The position numbers were made by a program, and so were the translations under genes. Under the pieces are notes generated by a model. It did not search any database. It saw nothing but the letters and a program-made list of their open reading frames with translations, and was not told where the DNA came from. From Candidatus Heimdallarchaeota archaeon (lineage in GTDB: Archaea; Asgardarchaeota; Heimdallarchaeia; JABLTI01), in the NCBI GenBank assembly GCA_019056785.1, contig DXJV01000025.1, positions 1 through 64,000 of the forward strand: a DNA stretch of 64,000 nt, written 5' to 3'. Numbering within the stretch: the stretch's first letter is position 1; each line of letters begins with the position of its first letter. Below, piece by piece: positions 8,906 to 19,369 of this stretch.

Positions 8906-9877
8906 TCAGAGTTTTCCGCCGGTGAGAAAGTGAAGAAAAAGAGTGGCAGCAACAAGATCAGCAGTCGTGCCGGGATTTAATTTCTCCTCTTCTCGAAGTT
9001 CAATGTCAAAAGCTTCGATTTCACGTCTTCCTTCCAGGGTAGTTGCTCCACCAATTGCCATGATGGAAGAAGCACGTTGTGAAATAGCATTTGCTTGATC
9101 GACGCCAAATTTTCGTTTAATTAAAGAATCGGGATATTTTGAAAGAATAGTAAGATAAGTATTAATGGTCGCGAGATTGACATCTTGTGAAGACTCGAGA
9201 ACAGAACGGAAAGTTGGAAAACCTATCTGGACAACAATAGGAAAACCATTAGACAATTCATAACAGATGTTATCACGTTCAGAACATTGAGACATTAGTT
9301 GAAGTAAATTGACATTGTCTGTAAGAAGCTCTTCACGATAACTTGAACGAGTGACATCATATTTAGCAACTTTCCCAAGTCCCCCCGGAGAAAGAAAGGC
9401 AATTCCTTCTGAAACGTGAATGGAGTCTTGAACAGTAGTTCGAGCCATAACTTTTTGCACATTAGGGATGAGACACTCGAGGGAAATGAAATCATTTTCA
9501 TTGGCACTTAGGCCTGCAGCAACAGCAAGAGGTGAAAAAAGAAGTATGATACCCAAGTTAGTGTTTCCTCGTGTGTGGAAAAACTTACTTTGCTCAATAG
9601 CAGAACGAATAGTCAACCCCAACTCGAGTTTATCCCAAGAGAGCTGATCACACGAAAGAAGATAGCCCTTCAAAGCTAAACTTTCAAGCCAATAACCCAA
9701 AGAAACACTTGAAGCAAGAAAGTCCTCATAACGAAGATCAGCAAAATCACTAAAACGATGGACGTTTCCAGGTTTCGGACTGGCAGACACCTCAAGTAAA
9801 CAAGCTAACTCACCACACATGCGCACGAAGTTTGCTTTAGTACGAGCGTCTGGTGAATAAGGTGTCATTGGCTTCAC
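8906..9877 (-). CDS. citG: Triphosphoribosyl-dephospho-CoA synthase (CitG family)
   Basis: 'LLEVSASPKPGNVHR', 'GNTNLGIILL', 'PDSLIKRKFG', 'LNPGTTADL'. Confidence 0.9.
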   Translation of the reverse strand: MKPMTPYSPDARTKANFVRMCGELACLLEVSASPKPGNVHRFSDFADLRYEDFLASSVSLGYWLESLALKGYLLSCDQLSWDKLELGLTIRSAIEQSKFFHTRGNTNLGIILLFSPLAVAAGLSANENDFISLECLIPNVQKVMARTTVQDSIHVSEGIAFLSPGGLGKVAKYDVTRSSYREELLTDNVNLLQLMSQCSERDNICYELSNGFPIVVQIGFPTFRSVLESSQDVNLATINTYLTILSKYPDSLIKRKFGVDQANAISQRASSIMAIGGATTLEGRREIEAFDIELREEEKLNPGTTADLVAATLFLHFLTGGKL

Positions 9878-10038
9878 AATACAAAAAGGAGTGGTAGCTC
9901 AAAAAGATTTTCACGAGAAAGAAAAGTTCGCTACCATATTATGCATAAAAAGACTTTCTCCCTTCTTCTCCCGACCGAAGGCTATCCCCCATTATCCCAG
10001 TTTGTTAGTACTTGGAGTTAAAGGAATTATTAGTAAGA

Positions 10039-10074
10039 TTTAAATATCAGTACAAATCACCGAAAAACGCCGAA
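10039..10074 (+). promoter_or_regulatory. Putative thermosome promoter: TATA box plus CCGAA direct repeats
   Basis: TTTAAATA at 10039-10046; CCGAA at 10060-10064 and 10070-10074; AGGTGA SD before the ATG at 10123. Confidence 0.4.
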
Positions 10075-10122
10075 TAACTGGCAAAAGAAAACCAAACGAA
10101 AATTAAAAGGTGACATGATACA

Positions 10123-11766
10123 ATGAGTCTAGTAAATATTGGAGGACAACCAGTTCTTCTTTTAAAGGAAGGGACAGAACGGACTACAGGCAAAAATGCT
10201 CAACAAAATAATATCGCAGCAGCAAAGGTTATTGCTGAAGCCATCCGTTCCTCTCTAGGGCCCAAAGGGCTTGACAAAATGCTCGTCGACTCCTTTGGAG
10301 ATGTGGTTATTACCAACGACGGCGCAACAATTTTGAAAGAGATGGAGATTCAGCACCCTGCTGCAAAGTTTGTTGTCGAGCTTGCAAAAGTGCAAGATGA
10401 TGAAGTTGGAGACGGCACAACTACTGTTGTTATTATTGCCGGTGAACTATTGAAGCAAGCTGAAGAGCTTCTCGCTCAAGATGTTCATTCTAGCATAATT
10501 GTTGATGGCTATCGCAAAGCAACTGCCAAAGCATTAGAATATCTCAATGATTTGGCAATCAAAGTGGACCTTAATGACCGTGATCTCATAAAAGATGGTG
10601 TTCGCACCTCAATGGGGAGTAAAGTTATTGCCGGACACAGCAATTATTTAGCAGACCTTGTGATAGAAGCTGCAATGGCCATCACAGTTGAGAAAGATGG
10701 AAAGCGCATCTGTGATATTGATAACATTAAAGTTGAAAAGAAAAAAGGCGAATCGCTCAGTGAGACCAAATTGATTAAAGGCATCGTTTTAGACAAGAGT
10801 GTTGTTCACTCTGGTATGCCTAAGAAAATTACTGATGCAAAAATCCTCCTTATTGATGCGCCAATTGAGGTCACAAAAACAGAATTTGATGCAAAAATCA
10901 ACATTACAAATCCAGATCAAATGAAAGCATTCTTGGATCAAGAACAAACCATGATTGAAGACCTCGTAAACAAAATCATCGCTTCAGGTGCGAATGTTAT
11001 CCTTTCACAAAAAGGCATCGATGACCTTGCTCAACACTTCTTAGCTAAGAAAGGCATTCTCGCTGTTCGACGGATTAAAAAATCAGACATGGAGAAACTC
11101 GCAAAAGCTACAGGCGCAAAGATTCTCACACGTATTGATGGTATTGAAGAAAGCGACCTTGGTCATGCAAAGAATGTCGAAGAACGCAAGATTGCTGACG
11201 ACGACTTTGTTTTTGTAGAAGGTTGCCCTAATCCAAAGAGCGTGAGCATTCTCATTCGTGGTGGAACTGATCTTATTGTGGATGAAGCAGAACGATCTAT
11301 TCATGACGCCCTCTGTGTTATTCGCAATATCATTCAAGATGGCGTAGTTGTTCCAGGTGGTGGAGCACCTGAAATTTATCTCTCCCAGAAATTAAAAGCA
11401 TATGCAAATACCCTTGCCGGGCGCGAGCAATTGGCAGTGGGAAAATTTGCTAAAGCACTTGAAATAATTCCACGCGCACTTGCAGAGAATGCAGGCCTTG
11501 ACCCAATTGATGTGCTAGTCTCATTGACAGCCGAACATGATAAAGGGAGCAAGAATGCTGGTGTTAATCTTCTCACAGGAAAACCAACAGACATGGTCAA
11601 AGAGAAGATTTTTGAACCGATAAGCGTTGCTCGTCAGGCCATCTCTTCAGCCAGTGAAGCCGCACAAATGATCCTAAGAATTGATGACGTAATTGCAGCC
11701 AAAGCTTCAAGTGGTGGAGCCCCTGGCGGCGGACCTGGTAGTATGCCTGACATGGGAGAATACTAA
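10123..11766 (+). CDS. ths: Thermosome subunit (group II chaperonin)
   Basis: '[14 protein letters not shown]', 'ITNDGATIL', 'GDGTTT', 'VPGGGAPE', Gly/Met-rich C-terminal tail. Confidence 0.97.
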   Translation: MSLVNIGGQPVLLLKEGTERTTGKNAQQNNIAAAKVIAEAIRSSLGPKGLDKMLVDSFGDVVITNDGATILKEMEIQHPAAKFVVELAKVQDDEVGDGTTTVVIIAGELLKQAEELLAQDVHSSIIVDGYRKATAKALEYLNDLAIKVDLNDRDLIKDGVRTSMGSKVIAGHSNYLADLVIEAAMAITVEKDGKRICDIDNIKVEKKKGESLSETKLIKGIVLDKSVVHSGMPKKITDAKILLIDAPIEVTKTEFDAKINITNPDQMKAFLDQEQTMIEDLVNKIIASGANVILSQKGIDDLAQHFLAKKGILAVRRIKKSDMEKLAKATGAKILTRIDGIEESDLGHAKNVEERKIADDDFVFVEGCPNPKSVSILIRGGTDLIVDEAERSIHDALCVIRNIIQDGVVVPGGGAPEIYLSQKLKAYANTLAGREQLAVGKFAKALEIIPRALAENAGLDPIDVLVSLTAEHDKGSKNAGVNLLTGKPTDMVKEKIFEPISVARQAISSASEAAQMILRIDDVIAAKASSGGAPGGGPGSMPDMGEY

Positions 11767-11844
11767 ACAGCTCCCTTTTTTCCTTTTTTTAACAAACTTT
11801 TAAAAAAACTTTCAACTTAATGCATTTTTTAAAAAAAGAAATGA

Positions 11845-12324
11845 TCAAATTTTCGCAACCATAATTAGAGCAGCTTCGCCATCTGAATAGTAGCGTTTGG
11901 AAACTTTCATTGTTATATAACCCAATTGCTGATAAAGATTGATAGCAGCTTGATTAGATTCACGAACCTCGAGATAAACCTCCTTTACATCACGCAGGCG
12001 TAAAGCATGGTTTGCTGCAAGCATCAATTTTTTGGCGAGACCTTTTCGTCGATATTGAGGCATGACAGCAATAGAAATAATGTGACCTTTTTTACATAAT
12101 CCAAAACCAAAATTAGACAACCCTTTCTCGATGCGTGTCATAACATAGGCGACTACCTCATTCGTCGTCTCGTCAATGGCAATATTAAAACCATCAGGAA
12201 AACGTTCATAAATTTCCGTGAAAAAGAAACGGGGATAATTTTCCGGTAAACAATTTCGATTAATGTTTTGGACTGCATTAAGGTCAGTTGTGGGATTAAA
12301 TCGCCGTATAATAAACGAACTCAT
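11845..12324 (-). CDS. rimI: N-alpha-acetyltransferase, archaeal ARD1/RimI type (GNAT)
   Basis: 'NRNCLPENY', 'GHIISIAV..YRRKGLA', 'LEVRESNQAAINLY', 'YYSDGE'. Confidence 0.9.
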   Translation of the reverse strand: MSSFIIRRFNPTTDLNAVQNINRNCLPENYPRFFFTEIYERFPDGFNIAIDETTNEVVAYVMTRIEKGLSNFGFGLCKKGHIISIAVMPQYRRKGLAKKLMLAANHALRLRDVKEVYLEVRESNQAAINLYQQLGYITMKVSKRYYSDGEAALIMVAKI

Positions 12325-12562
12325 TTATTTACACCAGAGAACTCTGCTTCCAGAGCTTTATTTCACAAATAACCTCTCTTTTTACCATAGCTCTTTTAGG
12401 TTTTACGAAATGTCTCTTTTTATGTTAGCAACACGATTTTCAAAGAAAAGATGCAATTACAAGCTATAAATTAGCAAGGAAACGATAAAAGGGAGGAAGT
12501 GACATTATAAACAAACAAGAAAAGCAAGCATAAAATAAGAACTGCCTTCCTGGAAGAAAAAA

Positions 12563-14065
12563 ATGGCTCGAGAAGAAGAGAACCGGACAAAAAAGCTCTG
12601 CTGGAACTGTAATGAATTGGTACCTCACAAGGCACTCTGGTGCGACAAATGCAAAATGCCTTTGAAAAATAGTTTGCTAAAGAAAATCAAAAAACAGATT
12701 GAACCGGTAAAAAATATGCGATGTTGGCGTTGTAAAGGAACAACCTCTGGGGACATTTGTGGTATTTGCGGAAGCCCCTTGACAAGAAAGGGAATAGAAG
12801 AACTAACTATAAAATAAAAATCGAGAAAGTTCGATGAAGAACAACACGAGAGAATCACTCTTTTTTCACCTAAAGACCAGTCAATAGTTGAAGTAAATAT
12901 TTCCTATGCAGAATTGCTGGCACTTGCAAAAAAACACTTTAAAATCTATAATGCTGCCCGTACGCCCTTAGGTCCAGAGATCATTAGCTTAAAACCTGAA
13001 AAACAAAAGGACTTGGAACTTTTTGAGGAAAATGAACTCTTTATGCTAAATGACATTCGAGTAAGCTTTAAAAAGAAAAAAGCACCACAGAAAGACATCC
13101 AACTAATTAAAGTTGAGTTCTTTTACTGGGGAAAAGAACTACAAATAAAGAAACGTTTTTCGTTAGCAACAGTAAAATGGCAAATTATCTTACTACTTCT
13201 TACAGAACTATCAATATTCATTAACGGTTTTTTCTATTATCGGAAAATTTACCGCTTATTTGCCCTTTCTCACGGATTCGTCCAAACCATCTTTTTATTC
13301 AGCTTCTGTTTAAACATAAAACTAATCTTACACGAAGTGATGCATGTTCTCCTCCAAAAAAAGAGAGCTATTAAGATCACTCTACCATATTTTATTCCTC
13401 TCCCAACAATGCCAGGTTTTCTAAGCTTCTTTATGCTTGGTATGGCAGGCGGGATTGTTCGAGTAATAGAACCAGCCCGGAAAAAACAGCCTCTCTTTGA
13501 CGTCTTCTTTTTTCCTCCTTTCTTTGGGCTGATTCTTTCAATAGGAGCATATTTACTAGGTTCGGCATTTCCGTTTCTTTTCACTCAAACCACTTTCCCC
13601 CAAGAAGTAATTGAAGAAGCGATAAAATTAAGCAAATTTAACCCACTGATTTTCCTTCAGAGACTTCTGGATTCATTTGCTAAACTGACTGCAATTTCGC
13701 CACCTTTTGATTATACAACACAATTAAAATTCCTACATCCTGTTGCTCAAGCAGGTTTAATAGGGATGATAATTAATGGGCTTAATTTCCTCCCGGGGGC
13801 AATTTTGGATGGGGGGCAATTAACACGATGCATGGTTAACGACAAATGGTCGAAAATCCTATCTTTTTTGACCGCTGTTATCATTATGCTCAACTACACC
13901 ACCTGGGCATTGGGAATTTTATTGTTATTTATACCATTGTCACGTTTTCGTTCGCCAACAACAAATGAAGCCGAAATAATGCATTGGAGTCGTTATTTGC
14001 TTTATGGGATAATGCTTATAGTTGGGGGGTTTTGCGTTCCAATCCCAGCGTTTCTAATTAAATGA
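12563..14065 (+). pseudogene. Double-zinc-ribbon plus site-2 protease (M50) gene interrupted by an in-frame TAA at 12815-12817 (ORFs 12563..12817 and 12914..14065)
   Basis: Both ORFs are in one frame. Read-through 'ERITLFSPKDQSIVEVNISYAELLALAKKHFKI' aligns with paralog 'RMAIFSPRDREFVPINFSIDDLKKALTKYLKI'. 'HEVMH' and 'NFLPGAILDGG' catalytic motifs are retained. Confidence 0.75.
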
Positions 14066-14200
14066 AAAAATGCAACAAGTAAACTAAAGGTCCAAGAAAA
14101 GCCGTAAATTTGTAAGAAGAAATTTTTAACAATTATATGATAGGCTTTTTAATATCGATTGAACGATTGATAGATATCTAATGAACAGAGGAAGATAGCA

Positions 14201-15757
14201 GTGCCAACTGAAAAAGAAAATAACAATTTGGATGAAAAACCTGAAAAAAAGGGGAATCCATTTGATGATAGAAGGATTTCTCCCCCATCAGAAATCCAGT
14301 TTTGTTGGCACTGTGGAGCGGACATTACAACGCAGAAAGAAAAGATCTACTGTAAAAAGTGCCTTGCGCCTTTAGAGGAAAAGACGCGGAAAGAAATCTT
14401 GGAACGTACAGAACCTCTTGAGGGAGGGAAATGCTGGCTTTGTAAAGCAACCACCTCAGGTGATTTTTGCTCCGTCTGTGGGGCACCACTAACCAAGAAA
14501 GCAATAGAACACATACCAAAACAACAAACAGAGCAAAAAATACTTCAACCAACTTTCCGGATGGCAATCTTTTCCCCTCGCGATCGTGAATTTGTTCCCA
14601 TCAATTTCTCCATTGATGATTTGAAAAAGGCTTTGACGAAATACCTCAAAATTAAAGAGACACAAAACAGCGAAGCGGGGCCGGTCTTTATCATACAAAA
14701 ACCAACAGATCCCAAAAAAACATTCAGAAAATTACGAGAAGACCCGTTCCTTAAGGAACGAAATCTACGAACAATCATCAGAAATGAACAAATTTCTCAA
14801 GATAGAAAAGAGATAACCATTCGCTTCTTTTATTGGCGACCGGAAACGAAAAAAGAACGATTTAGCTTCAAATCAATAGGTTGGAACATTGCATTATTTG
14901 TTGCAACCATACTAACTGTTGCAATTGCAGGTTGGCAGTATACAAAATCTATCTTTCAAGAATATAATTTCACAGGAAGAACTGCGCTGGACGTCTTTCT
15001 TTATACATTCTCATTAATGTTAATTCTAACTGTACACGAATTAGGCCATTATACGATTTCAAGGCTTAAGAAATTAGATGCTTCCTTACCATATTTCATA
15101 CCAGTCCCCCCCTTACCAGGATTCCAGAGTTTAGGAACCTTTGGAGCAATGATCCGTCAGAAAGAACCGTTCGCCACGCGGGACGATATGTTCGACATTG
15201 GGATAGCAGGGCCACTTGCAGGATTTATTGTGACAATCCCAGTTTTTCTCATAGGTTTAAAATTGACATATGTGATTGACATCACAGAACCTATCGACCC
15301 AATTAATGTTGCAGATATTCCCATCGTGTTACTCGAAGAATTCTTAATTTATTTTGGACAAATAGCACATATCCTCCCGTATTTTGATCCTACCACCCAA
15401 ACGGTGGCAATGCATCCCATGATGTTTGCAGGCTATGTAGGATTAATTCTAACGGGGCTAAATTTGATGCCAGCATCACAACTAGATGGTGGACACACAT
15501 CAAGAGCAATATTTAATGCAAAAACACATCGAATCATTTCGCTGATTTTCGCGTTGCTTTTGATAATTAACCCCTTTACAACCATCTTCGGAGTTTTAGT
15601 CCTACTCTTTAGCTTTCGAGAACACCCGGGGGCAATAGATGATGTTTCAAAGGTACACTGGTCAAAATATATCTATTTGGCCATCGCATTTATAATCGGC
15701 ATTCTCTGCTTACCACTTCCGAGAATTGCATACTTCCAACAACTGCTTCAAAGATGA
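14201..15757 (+). CDS. Site-2 protease (peptidase M50) with N-terminal double zinc ribbon
   Basis: Four CxxC pairs (CWHC, CKKC, CWLC, CSVC); 'HELGH', 'GTFGAMI', 'IGIAGPLAG', 'NLMPASQLDGGH'. Confidence 0.92.
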   Translation: MPTEKENNNLDEKPEKKGNPFDDRRISPPSEIQFCWHCGADITTQKEKIYCKKCLAPLEEKTRKEILERTEPLEGGKCWLCKATTSGDFCSVCGAPLTKKAIEHIPKQQTEQKILQPTFRMAIFSPRDREFVPINFSIDDLKKALTKYLKIKETQNSEAGPVFIIQKPTDPKKTFRKLREDPFLKERNLRTIIRNEQISQDRKEITIRFFYWRPETKKERFSFKSIGWNIALFVATILTVAIAGWQYTKSIFQEYNFTGRTALDVFLYTFSLMLILTVHELGHYTISRLKKLDASLPYFIPVPPLPGFQSLGTFGAMIRQKEPFATRDDMFDIGIAGPLAGFIVTIPVFLIGLKLTYVIDITEPIDPINVADIPIVLLEEFLIYFGQIAHILPYFDPTTQTVAMHPMMFAGYVGLILTGLNLMPASQLDGGHTSRAIFNAKTHRIISLIFALLLIINPFTTIFGVLVLLFSFREHPGAIDDVSKVHWSKYIYLAIAFIIGILCLPLPRIAYFQQLLQR

Positions 15758-15863
15758 AGCAACAGAGCGAGAAAAATCATTTCTCAAAGTGACTACATTC
15801 TTTTTAAAATAAAGCTCAAGTAATTTACTCAATTGTAAATGAAAAAATTGGTTTGACTAGGAA

Positions 15864-16769
15864 ATGGCAGAATCTGAAAAAGTAGTAGATAGCTCCAAGC
15901 TCCGAGGAGTTTTCACCGGAGCTTTTAAAATCTATTTTCGAAAATTTCCAATACTATTCATAATATCTTTTTTAATTGAATTAGCATTTTTTGGGATCTT
16001 TCAACTTGTCGAATTCGAGTTTGGGTTAATTTATAATCTAATTATTGACAAGATGATTTTCAAATTTGAAATTAACTTTGCCTCTAATCTCGGAAAGGCA
16101 TCTTTCATTATTTTAGTGTTTGTTGCAACTCTTCTCTTCATCCTTCGCATGAACTTTATTTCTAACATCACAATTTTGACAACAGAAAAAAAACAAGGAA
16201 AGATTCTTAGCGCATTCGAAAATACCACGAAAAAATTAACGCAGAATCTTTTGTTTATGCTTGTTATTTTAACAATCGCTGTCTTTCCAATTCTTCTTTT
16301 CATTCTTGCGATATTAATCCAGCCAAGATTATATTTCCTGGCGTGGGTATTCTTTTTAGTAGCAATGCTATTCCCCTTTTTCCTCGTTTTCAAAATCTCA
16401 CATTTTGTCCCGGGGTTAACGAAGGATAATCTCCATGTTGGTGCAGCATTGCAAAAATCCTGGAACTTGACAAGCAATACAACCTTTTTCAGCTGTTTCG
16501 GGGTCTTTCTGACATTTTTCACAATTTCTATTCTTGCCCCTTGGATAGCTACTTTTTATCTCGAGCAAACCGTTCATTATTTATATATCGGTATTTTACT
16601 TGCCCTTTTACGAGCATTCTTCTATCCATTATTTGATATTGCCATAACTTTAAATTACCTCCACCTTGATTTTACTTCGGTGGAAAAATCAATTTTCAGA
16701 GAAGAGATTAAGAAGCAGAAAGAACTTTCTGAAAAATTAATTCAATACTGGACCAAAAAATCAGATTAG
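15864..16769 (+). CDS. Hypothetical multi-pass membrane protein
   Basis: About 6 hydrophobic segments; 'AALQKSWNLT' motif common in conserved membrane-anchor-type domains. Confidence 0.65.
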   Translation: MAESEKVVDSSKLRGVFTGAFKIYFRKFPILFIISFLIELAFFGIFQLVEFEFGLIYNLIIDKMIFKFEINFASNLGKASFIILVFVATLLFILRMNFISNITILTTEKKQGKILSAFENTTKKLTQNLLFMLVILTIAVFPILLFILAILIQPRLYFLAWVFFLVAMLFPFFLVFKISHFVPGLTKDNLHVGAALQKSWNLTSNTTFFSCFGVFLTFFTISILAPWIATFYLEQTVHYLYIGILLALLRAFFYPLFDIAITLNYLHLDFTSVEKSIFREEIKKQKELSEKLIQYWTKKSD

Positions 16770-16814
16770 GAATTATTATTTGAGGAAAAAGAGAAAAGTC
16801 CTTCAAGTAAATAT

Positions 16815-17393
16815 TCATTTGTAGGAGGGTAACTTAGACAAGCAATTATGTTCTGAGAGATAAGTAAATGCTTGAAGAAAAACAGTCAATAACGCTTCTT
16901 TTACCTCTTCTTCAGGAAGAGCATCCACACTGAAATCGATTTGCAAAATTTCTTCCGGAGAATCTTCAATTTTCTTCAATAGGTCATCAAAATCAGCTTC
17001 GTCTCTAGAGTGGTAGAGTGTCGTAAAACAGTCATCCCCTCCATAAATTTCGATTGTAATTTCATCATTAACTCGAGCAAATTCCATTATTTTTAAGAAG
17101 TGCTCTTTCACCATTTTTTCACGAGCAACCGCAACAACACAATACAAGCCATCCAAGGAATAGCCGATCTCACCATAGGGGAAAGTTAAGGTAGGATTAG
17201 CATATACCGCTTCTGACCAGCCGTCATTAATTTCTACAAAATTGCCATGGGTGTTGTCAAGATCCACATCCGGCAAAGTATTCTCAAAACGAAAAGCAAT
17301 TTGTTCAATAGTTTGCCACATATGGTTTAAAAGTTCGTGAACATTTTCTTTATTTTCTGTCAGGAATTTGCGCAAATCTGTCATCAATCTCAC
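16815..17393 (-). CDS. Acidic hypothetical protein, DUF3201-like
   Basis: 'VHELLNHMW', 'GNFVEINDGWSEAVYANP..GEIG', 'IEIYGGDD' resemble archaeal DUF3201 proteins (from recall). Confidence 0.5.
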   Translation of the reverse strand: MRLMTDLRKFLTENKENVHELLNHMWQTIEQIAFRFENTLPDVDLDNTHGNFVEINDGWSEAVYANPTLTFPYGEIGYSLDGLYCVVAVAREKMVKEHFLKIMEFARVNDEITIEIYGGDDCFTTLYHSRDEADFDDLLKKIEDSPEEILQIDFSVDALPEEEVKEALLTVFLQAFTYLSEHNCLSKLPSYK

Positions 17394-17408
17394 GCTCTCG
17401 TTTTTCCT

Positions 17409-18293
17409 TTAAACAAAATCGACTTTTGAAGGTTTCCTCGAGACAAAAGTTTTAAAGCGGTATTTTGGATAGCCAAGGATTAACACTTGAAAAATTTCGT
17501 TTGTTGGGGGGATTTTTAGCAATTCTGGAATCTTTTTATTGTATTTTGCATAATGTATTAAATATCCAATAAAACACGAACCCAACCCAAAGGCATGAGC
17601 TACAATACGAACATAAGCAGCTGCTTGGTTGCAATTGTCAGCAGGAACAGTGCTGTTTTTTTTCGCATGGAAGACGAAAATTACAGGTGCACCATGAAAA
17701 AGATAATCTTTACCTTCTTGAAAACCATTTAACATTCTCGTGAAACGCGGTTTGGCTTGTTTTGCTTTTTTAATTTGAGCGCCTTTGCTAAAAAGCTTTG
17801 CAAAAAAAAGCAAAAAAGGATTATTAATAAATTTAAGGAACTTTTCAATGGCTTTAGCACTTTCTCTTTTTAACGCCTCTATAATTTCTTCTGTCTGTAC
17901 AACCACAAGTTCAACATTTTGAGCATGATGGCCGGTAGGGGCAAAACGAATAATGTCCACAAGTTTTGATAGAATAACTTTCTCAACTTTCTTTTTGGAG
18001 TATGCCCGGGTGCTTCGAATAGCCTTAAGGGCAAAATACATCTGCTCACCAGACAGAAAAGATGAGGAGGGAAGAGATTCAGAAATCAATAAGAAATCCT
18101 CTTTAGGCAGATATTGATGTGTCAGAGCTTGATTTGGGCAAATGGATATGCAATGACCACAGTCATGACAGAAAGTGCCATCAAAAACCAATTTCTCATC
18201 GACAATTTGAAAACTGTCGCGGGGACAAATTTCGATGCAATGCCCACACACTGTGCACAGGTCCTCAAGAATAAGGATTTTTTGCTTCAACAA
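17409..18293 (-). CDS. Nitroreductase family protein with N-terminal 2x[4Fe-4S] ferredoxin
   Basis: CTVCGHCIEICP and CHDCGHCISICP; 'RSTRAY', 'APTGHHAQ', 'GLGSCFIG'. Confidence 0.92.
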   Translation of the reverse strand: MLKQKILILEDLCTVCGHCIEICPRDSFQIVDEKLVFDGTFCHDCGHCISICPNQALTHQYLPKEDFLLISESLPSSSFLSGEQMYFALKAIRSTRAYSKKKVEKVILSKLVDIIRFAPTGHHAQNVELVVVQTEEIIEALKRESAKAIEKFLKFINNPFLLFFAKLFSKGAQIKKAKQAKPRFTRMLNGFQEGKDYLFHGAPVIFVFHAKKNSTVPADNCNQAAAYVRIVAHAFGLGSCFIGYLIHYAKYNKKIPELLKIPPTNEIFQVLILGYPKYRFKTFVSRKPSKVDFV

Positions 18294-18320
18294 AATACCA
18301 CCTTTTAACTAATAAGAGAT

Positions 18321-19262
18321 CTATTCTACGCGACAAAAAGCCATCCCATCCGGATGGATCCCAACATCAATTGTTGCAACAACTTTCAAATCAGAGACCT
18401 TAATTATTGAGAGATCATTTGTCTTATTATTGGCAACATAACAAAAGCTATCATCATGGTTGAAAACTGTTCCCCCAGGCCAGATGCCTGTAGGAATGCG
18501 CTTAATTTCACGATGCGTTTCTACATTAATTACAGAAACACAATTGCCTTCTCGGTTCGGAATGAAAGCAATCTTGCTATCTTTTGTAAAGGAAACACGA
18601 ATAGGGAGCTTGTCTGTCCCAATGCGAGCAACAAGAGCATTAGTTGTAGTGTCTATAACATAAACAAGGTTATCATCTTGGTTGGCACAATAGAGCCATT
18701 TGCCATTAGGACTAATAGCAATACCTTCCGGGCTTCGACCGACTGGGATGTGAGTTAACCATTCAAAGGTTTTTGTTTCCAAAACAGAAATACTATTTGA
18801 ACCAATGTTAGAGATGTATGCTTTGGAACCATCAGGATTTAATGCAACCATATGGCTCATTCTTTGCGCAAGAATGACCTTTTCAACTTCTTCGGTTTGA
18901 ACATCAATAATAAACACTTTATTGGCATAAGTGGAAGCGAGAATGACTTTTGAACCATCCGGTAAAACGGCAGATTCATGTGGGAAACGAAACTCTGGAT
19001 GAGAAATAATTTTTTTCTTGGATAATGGGTTCAAACAGAAAACTTCAACGGTATTTGCTCCTGCACATGATACAAATGCTTTCTCCCCATTAGGGGTGAC
19101 AGAAACTTCATGCGGGTTCTGACCGACTTCAAATGTTTTAACAATCTCTTTTGTTTTTTCATCAATAAACATGACAGTATTTTCATCTTTATTAAGGACA
19201 ATTAGATAATCAGCCATTTTTCTCATCTTTCCTTTACTACAAAAGCATTTTAATGTTATCAA
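18321..19262 (-). CDS. YVTN/YncE-type beta-propeller protein
   Basis: Repeats such as 'IPVGRSPEGIAISPNGKWLY', 'IPTGIWPGGTVFN', 'IDVGIHPDGMAF'. True start is probably a downstream ATG (MRKMADY). Confidence 0.88.
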   Translation of the reverse strand: MITLKCFCSKGKMRKMADYLIVLNKDENTVMFIDEKTKEIVKTFEVGQNPHEVSVTPNGEKAFVSCAGANTVEVFCLNPLSKKKIISHPEFRFPHESAVLPDGSKVILASTYANKVFIIDVQTEEVEKVILAQRMSHMVALNPDGSKAYISNIGSNSISVLETKTFEWLTHIPVGRSPEGIAISPNGKWLYCANQDDNLVYVIDTTTNALVARIGTDKLPIRVSFTKDSKIAFIPNREGNCVSVINVETHREIKRIPTGIWPGGTVFNHDDSFCYVANNKTNDLSIIKVSDLKVVATIDVGIHPDGMAFCRVE

Positions 19263-19369
19263 GATTTTTCTTAATCAAAAGATCAAAAATATGACAAAGT
19301 TTTATGGTAAAACTTCTAGGAGAGGAAAAGCCAAAAAAATAAAAAAAAGGAGGGGAAAAGGTCAAAAGA

